Source: Camelus ferus
Lineage: Eukaryota
DNA: 64,000 nt
Assembly: GCF_009834535.1 (NCBI RefSeq)
Contig: NC_045697.1
Span: 28,956,001 to 29,020,000 of the forward strand
Reading direction: 5' to 3'
The position numbers were made by a program, and so were the translations under genes. Of the stretch, positions 1 through 12,657 are shown in pieces. Position 1 is the stretch's first letter. Each line of letters starts with the position of its first letter. The notes under the pieces were generated by a model. That model was not told where the DNA came from. It ran no database searches and worked only from the letters and a program-made list of their open reading frames with translations.

Positions 1-2073
1 CCCAGAGAATGGGATTAATCCCCAATAAAAGGTATCTTCCAATGTCTTACCCCTCTTTGTATATAGTTTTTGTTTTTTTGTGAAACTTTCTCCTCATTCA
101 ATCACAACTGGCTTGGAGGAAAGAATGAGATTGGAAGCACATTCATATAAATGTGGAAATGGTAAAAAGGGCTTTACCTTCCAAGGATATTCAGGTTTCA
201 GCGGAGCTCTGAGCCTCTAGAGAAAGGGCTATTCCAATGGGGGGGGGGATGCTCTGTAGGGAGGGGACTTCCCATCACCCTGATGTCCCCCGTGTGGGCG
301 GGTACCTTCGTAGAGCTGCCCTTGAAGGGGGCCTGCTGTGCCTGCTGCACCAGCTGGTTGGAAAGCCTGTGTGTCAGACTTTGTTGCAGGGCATCCTGAG
401 CAGGGATGGCAACTGCTGCTGAGAGATTGGGGCGCTACTTCCTCTGCCATCTCCCTGTGGGGAGGGTTCCCCTGAGCTTGGCCTCTTCATGATTCCAGAT
501 CAAGAATTGTGCTGTAGGGGTCTTATCAGATACTTCGGAACTACTGTCTGTCTTCAAAATGAGGAACCCAGAAAACTCAGTTCTGTGCACAAGTAGCAGA
601 GATGAGTCATAGTTGAGAAGATACTGGAATTCAGCCAGGAGAGTATCATTTAAAGGAGAAGACGTTGTAACAGACTTGGTATGTGATAGAGAAAGGAAGC
701 CCTTTATCTCATTCTGTGCCCCACAATGCAAAAGGAGGGGGCATAGTTTACCTACTGATAGTTGACTCTATGATAGTAAAGTTTCCTGGGATCTTATTTT
801 AGAAAAACAGTGCACACGCACTCCTTGGGCCAGTCTAGTAAAGCTTCCTGGGAGATGGAACACTGAAGAATTCACAGGGAAGTTTTCAAATTTAATCTTA
901 CTAGGTAAGCACTTTGGGGTTAAAAAACCCAAAGGGAGCATTCTGACGGATGTCTACACAGGATATGTGAGTGCTGCAAGCTAGGGGTGTAATGGACAAG
1001 TGAAAATGTTGTTAGAGGAGGACAGAATGAGGTGAGAGGATTGTCTTCTGGCGCATTCCAGTTCACTTTGGGATTATGGACTTAAGAAGTTGGTTAATGC
1101 TGATGTCCTGGGTTTTTTTTTGGAGACTTACTACTGTTTCTTGAAAGTAATTTCAGGTGGGCTTGTACCGCTAAGCCAAGACTAGGAGAGGCTAGTACAT
1201 GAAGATGCCTAGAGAGTCATCTCCTGAGAAGACAGATTTATATGAAGAGGTACTGATCAGAAAAAAAGAGGGTTGGTGATGCTTGGAAACAGAAAACAAG
1301 CAAGTCTGAGAATGGTACCTTGGCAGTGCCCATCCATGCATTGTCAATGAACAGAGAATCTTGGCTAATAGACTTCCTGTATTTTGATCCCATTCACAGG
1401 ACCATATAGAGGAAGTGAGCCTTAGGCTAAAGCATATCCTTGACCTTTCTGTAGTCAATGACAAAAGGAAAGATGCTCCCATAAATCCTAATAGTGGCCC
1501 ACCACCTCTATTACACAAGAAACCTCTTTTTCTTGGATCTTAGTTCCCCCAGGAATTTTATAGCATACTGAGCAGGGTGGTCTGGGCACAATCTACATCA
1601 CTGAAATATTCCAAGGTTTTACTCCTTTGTTTGTTTTTTTAACTGGGGTGGTATCTGAAAGATCTGTGAGGAGTTCCAGACTAAGTAAGGAGGGACTTAA
1701 AGACCCAGTGAGACCTGCTCTTCCCACAGATGAGGTGACGGTGGTGGTGGTGGTGGGGTCCTGGACAGGTTCAGGGTCATTTCAGCAGTCAGGGGCCCAT
1801 CCTGACCCCAGCTAGGTCTCCCATGTCATACTTTCTTGAAAGTGACTACAGTATCTGGTGATACTAACAAATGCTGTTTCTTTCCAGGAGGAGACTACAG
1901 AATGTGTTTATATTTTCTTTTACAAAGAATCATGAAATACTTTTACAGCTCTTTTTTTGTTGTTGTTACAGAAGCAGTGTATGTTCATGAAGGAAATTTG
2001 TAAACCATAGATAAGCACACACACAAAAATCTACAGTTGTACCAGAGCATTGCTAACATCTTGGGTTAGTTTC

Positions 2074-2773
2074 TTTTTTTTTTTTCATTTATTTTTGATA
2101 ATTTTTTAAAACATTTTTTATTGAGTATAGTCATTTTACAGTGTTGTGTCAAATTCCAGTGTAGAGCACAATTTTTCAGTTATACATGAACATACATATA
2201 TTCATTGTCACATTTTTTTCACTGTGAGCTACCACAAGATCTTGTATATATGTCCCTGTGCTACACAGTATAATCTTGTTTATCTATTCTACATATGCCT
2301 GTCAGTATCTACAAATTTTGAAATCCCAGTCTGTCCCTTCCCACCCCCTACCCCCTTGGTAACCACAAGTTTGTATTCTATGTCTATGAGTCTGTTTCTG
2401 TTTTGTATTTATGTTCTTTTTTTTTAGATCCCACATATAAGCGATCTCATATGGTATTTTTCTTTCTCTTTCTGGTTTATTTCACTTAGAATGACATTCT
2501 CCAGGAACATCCACATTGCTGCAAATGGCATTATGTTGTTGGTTTTTATGGCTGAATAGTATTCCATTGTGTAAATATACCACAACTTCTTTATCAGTCA
2601 TCTGTTGATGGACATTTAGGCTGTTTCCATGTCTTGGCTATTGTAAATAGTGCTGCTATGAACATTGGGGTGCAGATGACTTTTTGAAGTAGGGCTCCTT
2701 CTGGATATATGCCCAGGAGCGGGATTCCTCGGTCATATGGTAAGTCTATTCCTAGTCTTTTGAGGAATCTACA
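2074..2773 (-). mobile_element. 5'-truncated, relatively young L1 (ORF2 C-terminus + 3' UTR + tail)
   Basis: Poly-T at the left end. Minus-strand peptide LPYDRGIPLLGIYP...CTPMFIAALFTIAKTWKQPKCPS is the L1 ORF2 C-terminus. Perfect 10-bp TSD GGTTAGTTTC at 2064-2073 and 2774-2783. Confidence 0.95.
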
Positions 2774-3969
2774 GGTTAGTTTCATACTCTGCTCTCTATT
2801 TTTATTGAAAAATCAGGATCATAAGGCACATACTGTTTTGAACTTGCTTTTTTTCATATACATTTTTTACATTATTAATATTTTTTTCTGAAATAATAAG
2901 GAATTCAATGAAAAGAGAGGGGTGTGTGTGAGTGTTTCTCCTTTGAAAAATTTTCCTTTGTGGCAAGTTGTCTTGTATTTAAAAACTTAAGACAAATGAG
3001 AGCAAAAATGAATGGCAATGGCAAGTCAATTCCGTGGAGTGTTTTCTGAAAGTCCCTGCTGCTGGAAACAGATTTAGGTTTAGGCCTCCTGGTTTCAAAC
3101 ATGTTGAGAATAGCCACATGGAGGTGTGAGAGTTGGCATAAAGGATGAACATCAAATTCCAGGGAGGGGCTGTGGCTCACCTAGAGGGAGCCACAAGTTA
3201 CCCGGCCCAGACCAGATGGTTGTCCAGTGCCTGTTTCCCTGCCAAGACCTGTACAAGTTGCTCCACCATGGACATCTGGTCAGTGGTTTCTGTCCTTTTA
3301 ATGTTGTGGGGATGCTTTTACAAGGCTTGAGAACCTCTCTCCTCAGTATGGACCTTTGGGAGGCAAATGAGTGATGTGGCCAACGGCTGTTATTTTTTGT
3401 CCAGGAAAGCCATGAGGATGCCTTAGAGAACTGAGGGATTTTCTGGGATCTAAATGACACTACCCATTGGGCCTCTCTGCCACCTTGGCCACCTAGTTGT
3501 CCTGCTGCCAAGGTGTGTAAATGGGCTGGGTGTTTCCTCCAATCAGTCTCTGAAAACTGCCTAAGGCACAAAGTATTTGCAAGTTCTGTTGGTCACAAAT
3601 CAGGCCCGTGGACTCTAAATAGGACTGGAACATGTCCCCAGGAAAAGAGGTGCAGATTCTGTTTCTGTCTTGTGTATATCTAAGATGCTTGCGACTGAAC
3701 ACAGCCTTGACATCAGACACCTGCTGGGATCCCTTGTGCTTCATTTGGCTGATGCACCCAGACTGAGGGTTTTTTTTTTTAAGTGTGCATGCCTCTGGGT
3801 CAAGGTGGTGGGTGGGGAAGGAAGGACAAGCAAGGCAAGGTACAAGGAGAAGCCTGGGAGTGGGGAAAGGTCATCCTTGGCAGGAACATTGCACCATCTG
3901 CCCCTCTTCCCTATTAACATCTCTCAAATCAGCTTGTGACATCGGAGCTTTCATGGAAACATGGACTGT

Positions 3970-4110
3970 CAGTACTGGAGGGGCCCTAAGAGCCCACTGA
4001 GTTCAATGCCTAATTTTACAGATGAGGAAATTGAAGTCCGGAGAGGCTAATGCTTGAGCAAGTCACAGTTAGTGGTAGAGCCAGGATTCGAGCCTGACTC
4101 GCAGTGCAGG
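3970..4110 (-). mobile_element. MIR SINE
   Basis: MIR core ttttacagatgaggaaattgaag...caagtcacagttagtggtagagccaggattcga. Confidence 0.8.
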
Positions 4111-4322
4111 GTGCTGGCCACTGCAAACTGCCTCTGTGTAAACATAGTGAGAAATACAGGACAGTACAATACAGTACAGCACAATATAATACAATGAGAA
4201 AAAGGCTAAACCGCCACACTGACTCTTCATTTATTTTTAGTATTATATTTTCAGATTTATCCACAGCTGAGGAGGGATTGCTTAGTCCTCTACCAAAGAG
4301 ATTTAAAATCAGGCAGCTCAAA

Positions 4323-5149
4323 CCGGCAGACCTTGTTTTATTATGCTCCGCTTGACTACAGTTCTCTTGATTGATTGACTTTACAAATGGAAGTTTTGTG
4401 GCAACTTCATCGAGCAAGTCTATTGGAGCTATTTTTCCAACAGCAACTGCTCACTTCTTGTCTCTGTGTCACATTTTGGTAATTCTCACAATATTTAAAA
4501 CTTCTAAATTACTATCATATTTGTTACGGTGATCTGGGGTCAGTGATCTTTGGTGCTGTGATTGTAATTGTTTTGGGGCACCATGAACTGTGCCCACATA
4601 AGACAGTGAACTTGACTGTTGAAATGACAACAAAGGATTTAGGATTTAGAATATCACATAAACTTTGTTGATAAAGAAGTGGCAGGGTTTGAGAGCACTG
4701 ACTCCAATTTTGAAAGAAGTTCTACTGTGGGTAACATGCTATCAAACAGCATTGCATGTTACAGAGAAATCATTCAGGAAAGGAAGAGTCAATAGATGTG
4801 GCTAACTTCCTCTTTGTCTTATTTTAAAAAACTGCCACCACCCCAGCCTTCAGGAACCACCACCCTACTCAGTCAACAGCCATCGACATTGAGGCTCCAC
4901 CAACAAAAAGTTTATGACTCAATGAGGGCTTAGATGACTGTTAATATCTTTTAGCAATAAAATATTTTTTAATTGAGGTATGTACAGTATTTTTAGACAT
5001 AATGCTGTGACACAATAGACTACAGTATGGTAACATAACTTTTATATCCACTGGGAAACCAAAAAAATCATGTGACTCACTTTATTGCAATATTCGCTCT
5101 GCTGTGGTGGTCTGGACCCTGAACCCTCACTATCTTGGAGGTTTGCCTG
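4323..5149. mobile_element. Tigger1-type DNA transposon, internally deleted
   Basis: Degenerate TIRs ccggcagacct / aggtttgcctg. Internal sequence such as tttgagagcactgactccaattttgaaagaagttctactgtggg is recognisable as Tigger1. Confidence 0.88.
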
Positions 5150-5479
5150 AAAAGTCTACTGATAAAGGAAAAATTAAATGAGAAAAACATCATGGAGTGT
5201 GGTACAGTATGCTATAGTCTGTATACAAAAAAAGAGTGATTGTGTGTGTTATGATAATTACACATATGCGTTTGTGCATATACATTTGTGAATACTTGTC
5301 ATAATGTGATCGCTTTGGGAAAATGCATGAGAAACTTAATACAGTGGTTGCCTTGGGGAAAATGGCCTGGGGCCCTGGAGGGCAGGCATGGGAAGGAGAC
5401 ATATTTTTCACTTTTGTACTTTTTGAATTTTACTGTAGGCATGTATTAACTATTCAAATAAGGGAGAAAAAGAATGCTT

Positions 5480-5645
5480 ACTAGGAGTTTCTGGAAGTCC
5501 TCATGGAGGAGGTGGCATTTGAGCTGGGCTCTGGGACAGGTAGAATTTACCAGGAAGCGTCAGAGCAGGGAAGATCACATTTCAGGAGATGAGAACAGCA
5601 CACTTAAGATTGCTGAGGCTGGAAAGGCAGGGAGAGTTTGGTGGA
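5480..5645 (-). mobile_element. L2 fragment
   Basis: gaggaggtggcatttgagctggg...gagaacagcacac...ctgaggctggaaag, typical of the L2 3' region. Confidence 0.65.
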
Positions 5646-7036
5646 TGCTACATAGTCCCGAGAGATTTCAGCAATGGCTAGCTGAACTGCAGACAAGGAA
5701 GAGGAGAAAAGTAATGAGAGAGACGGCTGGAAGGAGGTTATTTTATACTTATTTGGCCCCAGTATCCCTTTCCAATGTCATCTTCCACCGATGCTCCAGC
5801 CCCCAAAGCCAGCTCTCTACCTCCACATACTTGCCCCACATGCACACCTGGGCACCACCCACTTCCTCTGAATGCCGTCCACCAATCCCATTTTCTTTCC
5901 CGTTCCAAGGCATATTTCAAATGTCACTCCTTTCTGCCCCTCCTACCCTACCCTCCTTGAAGATTTAAGCACTCTGCCCTTAGAGTTCTCTTGGCATTTT
6001 GCATTTACCTTTATTATAGCACTTACCCATTTAAATTTTATTTTTTTCTGGGTTGAAGCTCAATGTGAGGTCATTTGTATGCAGATGGTTGCTTCTTTTC
6101 TTTCTAATTTAGGATTTTATTCTCTAAGATATGTGGGGCCTAATTATGAAGTATGGCCATCCTGTTCGGCCTCTGCACGGCCATCGCATTATCTCTCCTC
6201 ATGAAGTCATTTCTTCTATCAAGAATGACAACAAAAAAGTGAGGCTCATAGGCATTATTAATTAAGTAGAAAAAATTTTATTTAAAAAACCTCTAGATCT
6301 AGTCTAAACTATCTTAAATTGTCCTTATTGTCTTCTGTCCCCATCAGGCTCTTTAAAAGTAGGCCTAGTTTAAAGCCAATTAAAGGCAGATATCTTGTTA
6401 TGTTTTCCAGACTTCTGTGGATTTGGAACTTAATGTTAACAGAATATTATGTATGCATAAGCAATGAATTAAACAGTTTAAAAAAGAATTTTGCTCTGGA
6501 GTATCCTGATAGTTTCAGGGTCATTATGAACTTGTTTCTCCCAGTTTCTGTTAAGTCCTTGATCAGAGGTTGAGCATCTGCGGAGAGAGTTAATCCAACT
6601 ACTATGTGTTACATCTGCAATATAATCAATACAGAAAGCATATACATCAGTATTCCAAAAGAAAATTTTAAACACTTAAGAAAGTCTGTACAAACTTGGG
6701 TTCTTGGGTTATTGCACTTTGTTCCTTTTCTCTCTTAGAAATCTTAGGGAGTAACTGTTGTGCCTTTGTACAGTTTTGTCTGTAGAGGGGCATGTATACG
6801 TTGTGCTGGAAATTCACAGCAAGCCTGGTTTTGTCCATCACTGAACAGATAGATACCTTTCCTCTGCCTGGACTCAGGCCATTCTGGCTATTCTGGGTGT
6901 TCAAGGGCATCAGACCAGGCTTGTACACTTATTTTTCTAAGTAAATGAGATTATGAATTGTTCAATTGCTTTCTTTTTCAGTTACTAATATGTCACAGAT
7001 ACTCTTCCTGTGTGATACATACAGGGCTGATTTAAT

Positions 7037-7300
7037 CCTTTTTTAAAAAATTGAAATAGAGTTGACATACAATATTATGTTAGTTTCAGCTATACTACAT
7101 AATGATTTAACATTTGCATACACTGTGAAATATTCACTGTGTGATGTCTGATAACCGTCTGTCCCTATACAAAGTTATTATAATATTGTTGCCCATAGTC
7201 CTTATGCTCTATATTACATTCCTGTGACTTATTTATTTTATACCTAGAAGTTTGCATCTCTTAATCCCCTTCACTTATTTCATCCCACCTCCAACCTAAT
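7037..7300 (-). mobile_element. L1 3'-end fragment (older L1MA-like)
   Basis: ttttttaaaaaattgaaatagagttgacatacaatattatgttagtttcag..., an antisense L1 3' UTR. Confidence 0.8.
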
Positions 7301-7363
7301 TCAGTTTAATGGTGTATCGGATTCCACTGTATGGATATGGCAGAATTAATTTAACCACTGCCT

Positions 7364-7513
7364 CTTTTTTTTTACATTTTAAAAATTGAAGTATAGTCAG
7401 TTTACAATGTGTTGATTTCTAATGTACTGCGTAATGTTTCGTCATACATATACATACATATATTCATTTTCACATTTCTTCATTACAGGTTACTGTAAGA
7501 TATTGATTGTAGT
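7364..7513 (-). mobile_element. Short L1 3'-end fragment (younger)
   Basis: T-rich tail then attgaagtatagtcagtttacaatg, the same 3' terminus as the copies at 10553 and 29834. Confidence 0.85.
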
Positions 7514-7684
7514 TGATGGACCTTTCAGTTACTCTCAGTTCTATTTTTGCTGTTGTGAATAATGCCACAATGAAAATTCTTGCACATATGTCTTGACTAC
7601 TTGTGTAGGTACAAGACAATGTGTTTGAAGAATTGGAATTGCTGGGTTAAAAGGTAATGCATTTAAATTTTTGATTGCTACTAG

Positions 7685-8360
7685 CAGGGACATACCAAGG
7701 ACAGGATGGTAGAGGGGTCCACCCCAGGTACAGGCAATAAGAGGTGCATCATCTGCTGAGAATTTTAAGACAATAATCAAACCAATGTGGGTCTGCTTTT
7801 TATTTTCCCCATGTGCTGGCAGTGATAAAGTTAGTGCGAGTGCTTAGTGGCGTGTGTGGATTCCATTAGAGTTGACTTAGGGCAGATTTTGATTCCCGCC
7901 CCTATGACACAACATATTCCTGATTCCTGCTTATGATTCCTAAGCAGTAGAGTAGAATTAGAGAATGTTAGCATAATGATTATAGAGATAATGAAACAGA
8001 ACTTGATTTACTTCAGTTCTGTTATCCTATGTTAGTTTTTGGTGTTTTATGTTCAAACTTAAAACAGTAAAGCAGAGCTCAGATTGCAAGGTGTAATATT
8101 TTTGACTGATAATTGCAAGTTTTAGTTCATACCTGAAGTATTTTACTGCACTGGAATAACACTGGAATAATACTTTTAAAATTGAAATTTATTTTTCTTG
8201 TAAATTGTTCCTTGTTTATTTTAAAGCTAAAGAATGAGCCAAGGAAATAATGATTGTTCCCGACTCTTACACATTGTTACTAAAACTAATTTTGCCATAT
8301 AGATGAAGGAGGTTGAAAAATGATCAGCTCCAGGCGTCAAAACCACTAAATGTGCCGCTG
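7685..8360. mobile_element. hAT-Tip100-type DNA transposon (MER97-like)
   Basis: Starts cagggacataccaagg...caggcaataagaggtgcatc and ends gtgccgctg (degenerate TIRs). It interrupts an old L1 remnant. Confidence 0.7.
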
Positions 8361-8556
8361 GGTTCTGTTAAACTGCCTTCTACAAAGATTGCACACTTCT
8401 GTACATTTTTCCATGGTGCGTGAGAGTGTCTGCTTAAGGGAGAAATCTTTCAAATGTTGTTAGAAACCAGGCCTGTAGTAAGAAAGAAATCACTCACCAG
8501 CTGAAAAATATCTTTCCAGATCTCCCTCCTCATTTCCTGCCTTTATTTTAGGATTG

Positions 8557-8929
8557 TGTCTTAGTCTATTTGAGCTGCTGTAACAAAATGCCACAGGCAA
8601 GGTAGCTTATAAACAATAGAAATTTACTTCTCACAGACCTGGAGGTTGGGGAGTCCAAGATGATGGCTCGTGCAGATTCAGTGTCTAGTGAGGACTTGCT
8701 TCCTGATTCTGGGAGCGTGCCTTCTCACTGTGTCCTCATACGGTGGAAGGGGCAGGGCAAAACTGCGGAGCTCTCTGGGGCTCTTGCATAAGGGTACTAA
8801 TTTCATTCACGAGGGCTCTGCCCTCCTGACCTACTGACCTCCCAAAGGCCCCCACCTCCTAATACTGTCACCTTGGGGTTAGGTTTCAACATATGAATTT
8901 TAGGGGCACACAAATATCAGATCGTAGCA
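8557..8929 (-). mobile_element. MLT1A-like MaLR solo LTR
   Basis: TG...CA termini (tgtcttagtc ... atcgtagca), perfect 5-bp TSD GATTG (8552-8556, 8930-8934), typical MLT1 body. Confidence 0.92.
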
Positions 8930-9019
8930 GATTGCTTAGTTTCACCAAGGCTGCGCAGTAGGTAGGTTTCTCCCAAACGAGAGACAGTGGGAGTGGAGAT
9001 AAGAGACAGCACTATAAGT

Positions 9020-9200
9020 GGGCTTGCTTGTCCTCTTGGGCAAGTTACTTTACTTTTCTGTGTCTCACTTTCCCTAGCTGTAGAATGAGACAACGGTGGT
9101 ACTGAGCACGTGGTGGTGTTGTAATGATTAATGGACTAATTTTCACAAAGCACTTCAAACGGAATCTGACCAATGGTAAATACTATGTGAGTGTTAATTG
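9020..9200 (+). mobile_element. MIR SINE
   Basis: cttgggcaagttactttacttttctgtgtctcactttccctagctgtagaatgag. Confidence 0.7.
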
Positions 9201-9435
9201 TTACTCTTACCTACTTAGGGTCAGGCTCTCTGCTAGGCATGGCAGATAGAATCTTTTCAATTGCCTTAAAAATTCTACGATCTATGCATCATTATGCACA
9301 TTTTGCAGTTCTGGTTATGTGACTTGCCCAAGCTTAGGCTGCTAGTCAGCCATGGTGATGAGACACTAACCAAGACCCTGACTTCACGATCTGGGGTCTG
9401 TGCAAACGATGGAGTATCAGCAATTTTATACTTTT

Positions 9436-9545
9436 TTCTCTATCTTTTTCATTTTTAGATTTTTTTTTTTTAAGGTACAGGGATTGTACCCAGGACCTCA
9501 TGCAGACTAAGCATGTGCTCTACCATGAGCTATATCCCTCCCCCG
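9436..9545 (-). mobile_element. tRNA-derived SINE (Vic-1-like)
   Basis: Reverse complement ggggagggatatagctcatggtagagcacatgcttagtctgcatgaggtcctgggtacaatccc plus A tail. Imperfect TSD aat(t/g)ttatacttt. Confidence 0.9.
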
Positions 9546-10199
9546 ACTAATGTTATACTTTGAACCTGAAACTAAATCACTTCACTCTCTGCAGTGCTCT
9601 GGGCTAAATATTCAGAACAAAATACTTTGACTTCTTTTATAGTTGAGCAATTTGTAAATTAATGGTTGACCCTAATTCTAGAGAATATTGGAAGGCTTAA
9701 TGATTGCCCCTAAAGAGAGATGATCGATCTCTCGAAGGAAGTTAATGAGAAAGAGAAGATCTGCTTGAAAAAGAGTTTTATATTAAATCTGGGAGTTATC
9801 TTTTGAGTAAAAATCCATCAATATGGAATATCTATCTAAGCTATCTATGTAAGTTTGCATTTAAAAATTAAGGAAATTAAGTATGGGATATAAAATTAGA
9901 CATTATATATATTTGAAAAAATCCTGTGTAGATGGAAAGAGTGCTGACTCAGTGACCAGTTTCAGGGCCCCCAGTAGAAGAAACCACCACTCTCTGGGCC
10001 CTGGTTTCCTCATGGGGAAAATGAGTGGGTTGAACTAGATGACCTTTCAGGTATCTAATCATGCTAAGTTTCTTTCCACAATCAGGGGACATGCTATTTC
10101 ACATTTCTTTAGGGGTTGCTCAATGGTGGGGGAGTAGCAGGAATTTGGGGGAATTCCCAGAACTCATGGATACAAAATATGTAAAGAAAAATTGCTATA

Positions 10200-11300
10200 T
10201 ATTTATTTTACCAAGAGAGGACTAATATCCTTAATCTCTAAAAAGATTTTAAAAAATCATTAAGAAATGATGACCACCTTGGTAGAAAAGTAGATAAAGT
10301 AGATGACTTAGAAAAGAAAAAATATAAGTGGTTAATAACAGATTATTTTGATTTTCACTAGTTGTAAATGAAATACAAATGAAAGCAGATTAAACTGGCA
10401 AATGTTATACCCAATGATAATAGTCTGATGAAGTACACACTCTCATACACTGCATATGGAACACAAATTCACCTGACTTTTTTCACCCTTCTTGTTCCAG
10501 TAATTGCACTATTTACACTACAGAAATAATTGTATATTTGTACAAATTTATTAAAAATTTTTTTTTCTGTATATATATTTTTATTGAAGTATAGTCAGTT
10601 TACAACGTTGTATCAGTTTCTGGTGTACAGCACAATGCTTCAATCATACATGAACATACATATATTCTTTTCATATTCTTCACCATAAGTTACTACAAGA
10701 TATTGAATATAGTTTCCTGTGCCATAAAGCATGAACTTGTTTATTGGATTTTGTGAGAATCTTCCTGTATTTCAAAGCAAGAGACACTCTGCCAGAGTTC
10801 AGTAGGTTTTCTGTGTGATTCAGTGGGTTTGCAGATGTAATTCTTGGTGTATTTGTAGGAGAGGGCAAGCTGTGAGTCTTTCTAATCTGCCATCTTGGCA
10901 CCTCCCCACATAAATTTATTTTTTAAATGTTCACTCAGTGTTATAGTAAAAATTAGAAATGACTGTCCAATAATAGGCAGTTGATTAAATAAATAATGTT
11001 ACATTCATATAATGAAATATGATAGTCATTAAAATTATGTTTGAAGACTCAATGATATAAGAAATATTTAGGATGTAAATGTTAAATTAAAAAAGCAAGA
11101 TGGCAAACTATATACAAAGTATTACATTAGTTTTGAAAAAAAATGACACACTGAAAAAACGAAACAGGAAAAGGTACACTAATATCTCACAGCTTTTGGT
11201 TGTTGGTGGTAGTTGGTTTTCTTCTTGAGGGCCTTTAGGTAGCCTGGTATTTTTGAGAAGTTCCGTAACCTGTATGAACTACTTTTTATAATCAGAAAAA
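10200..11300 (+). mobile_element. Ancient L1M/L1ME remnant hosting the bipartite element
   Basis: Degenerate L1 3' motifs (ctctcatacactgc; ttgattaaataaataatgttacattcatataatgaaata) on both sides of the insertion. Confidence 0.65.
10553..10909 (-). mobile_element. Bipartite L1-derived element: L1-like 5' terminus fused to an L1 3' terminus
   Basis: The minus strand begins ggggaggtgccaagatggcag (L1 5'-end CAAGATGGC motif) and joins at ~10745 to the L1 3' end and tail. TSD AAATTTATT at 10544-10552 and 10912-10920. Confidence 0.8.
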
Positions 11301-12289
11301 AAAAGTATGTAGAAATGATCCAGAGAAAATGAGAGAAGTTAGCCAGAATGAGGAAGCCATCTTCAGTCTGACTGCATCAGCGAATAGGAAAGGAAACGCT
11401 GTTCACCGCTAATGGTTTGAAGACGTGTATTGAATGATGGTGGTGGTTCCGGTGTGGGGGATGGGCAAACCCTGGGATGGGATGGTTTTCTTCATGATGG
11501 ATGGTACTTTAAAGCTGGGAGGTATCTTGGGCTTGGTGGAGGTCAACCAGGTATCAGGCAGATTTCATATTTTCACAGTCAGAAAAGATCAGACAGAGCT
11601 ACTTTAAGTCTAAGGGGGAAACGTAAAATCTGAAAGTAGAAACTCTCCACTGCCCCCTCACTTTTTCAGACAAAAACGATCCCAAGGCAGAAGGTCTTCT
11701 TCATTCTCAGGGTTTCTTTGATTTGTGATCTGGCTTTGTGTGGGTAATCCATTTTCACTCTTGGGTTTCTTTTCTCTTCTTTTTAAGTTATTTTCATTAT
11801 TACTTTTTGCGCTTTTGCGAAGAGCTAATTCTGCAGAATTGGGGCAAGGAGGGCCGAGGGAGGGTAACGAACGTTTATACCGTTAGGAAGTTCAGGTAAT
11901 CTCAAAGTAACTTTAAGAGTATCTTTTGGGTAGAATGTTTTCTAGACGTGGCCTTTACTTCCCAGGGACAGATGGTGATGTCTTATTGAGATGCTGTTAG
12001 AACTTGTACTTGAAGCTCAAGGCTTTCTTTCATGACTTGGCTGGGGATCCTCACCCAGGACTGTGACTTTTCCTCCTCCATCGCCCTTCCACTAAGACAC
12101 AGACTCTCAGCCTCTGCACTGCCTACCTTTACATCACTTGTTATTTGCTGCACCAACATTTCTTCAAGTCACTGTAGTATAAAGTATACTTTTTATTTTT
12201 TAGTGATACTTTTCTGCATTTTCTCTATAACTAAAGATGAGAATGATACTACAGCTTGGACAAAATGCTATAGAAAACAAAAGATCCCA

Positions 12290-12610
12290 CCCTTTAAAAC
12301 TTTCATCATGAAACAGTTGAAACATACATAAAAGTAGTGAGAAGAGACTAATATACCTGCCACATACCATCATTCACCTTCAACGTTCTCAATATTTCCC
12401 CAATTTTATTTCATCCGTCATCCTTACTTCTTGTTTTTTTCTTTTCTGGAATAATCTGAAATAAATCCCAGGCATCATATTCATTTCACCTGTCAAATAA
12501 GAAGGACTTTAAAAGTGTATATGACCACAATATGATGATTGCCTAACAAAATTAGCAATAGTTCCTTAATGTTATCAAACATCCAGGTTGTATTCAATCT
12601 TTGAGTATCT
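12290..12610 (-). mobile_element. Old L1M 3'-end remnant
   Basis: aaacatacataaaagtag...taacaaaattagcaatagttccttaatgttatcaaacatccag. Confidence 0.6.
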
Positions 12611-12613
12611 AAA

Positions 12614-12615
<2 letters not shown>

Positions 12616-12650
<35 letters not shown>
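12616..12650. repeat. (CA)n microsatellite
   Basis: ~17 perfect units. Confidence 0.97.

Positions 12651-12657
<7 letters not shown>

Noticed and set aside
2594..2785. 63-aa ORF with recognisable protein similarity
   Set aside because: It is the L1 ORF2 C-terminal remnant of a truncated insertion, not a host gene.
5474..5968. 164-aa ORF (likewise 48083-48577 and 50039-50524)
   Set aside because: These run through L2, MLT2 or microsatellite sequence; chance ORFs.
11837..11895. Possible cassette 5'-UTR exon (ctgcAG ... CAG|GTAATC) after a pyrimidine-rich tract
   Set aside because: Such splice-like pairs are common in introns, the pyrimidine tract is separated from the AG, and there is no transcript evidence.
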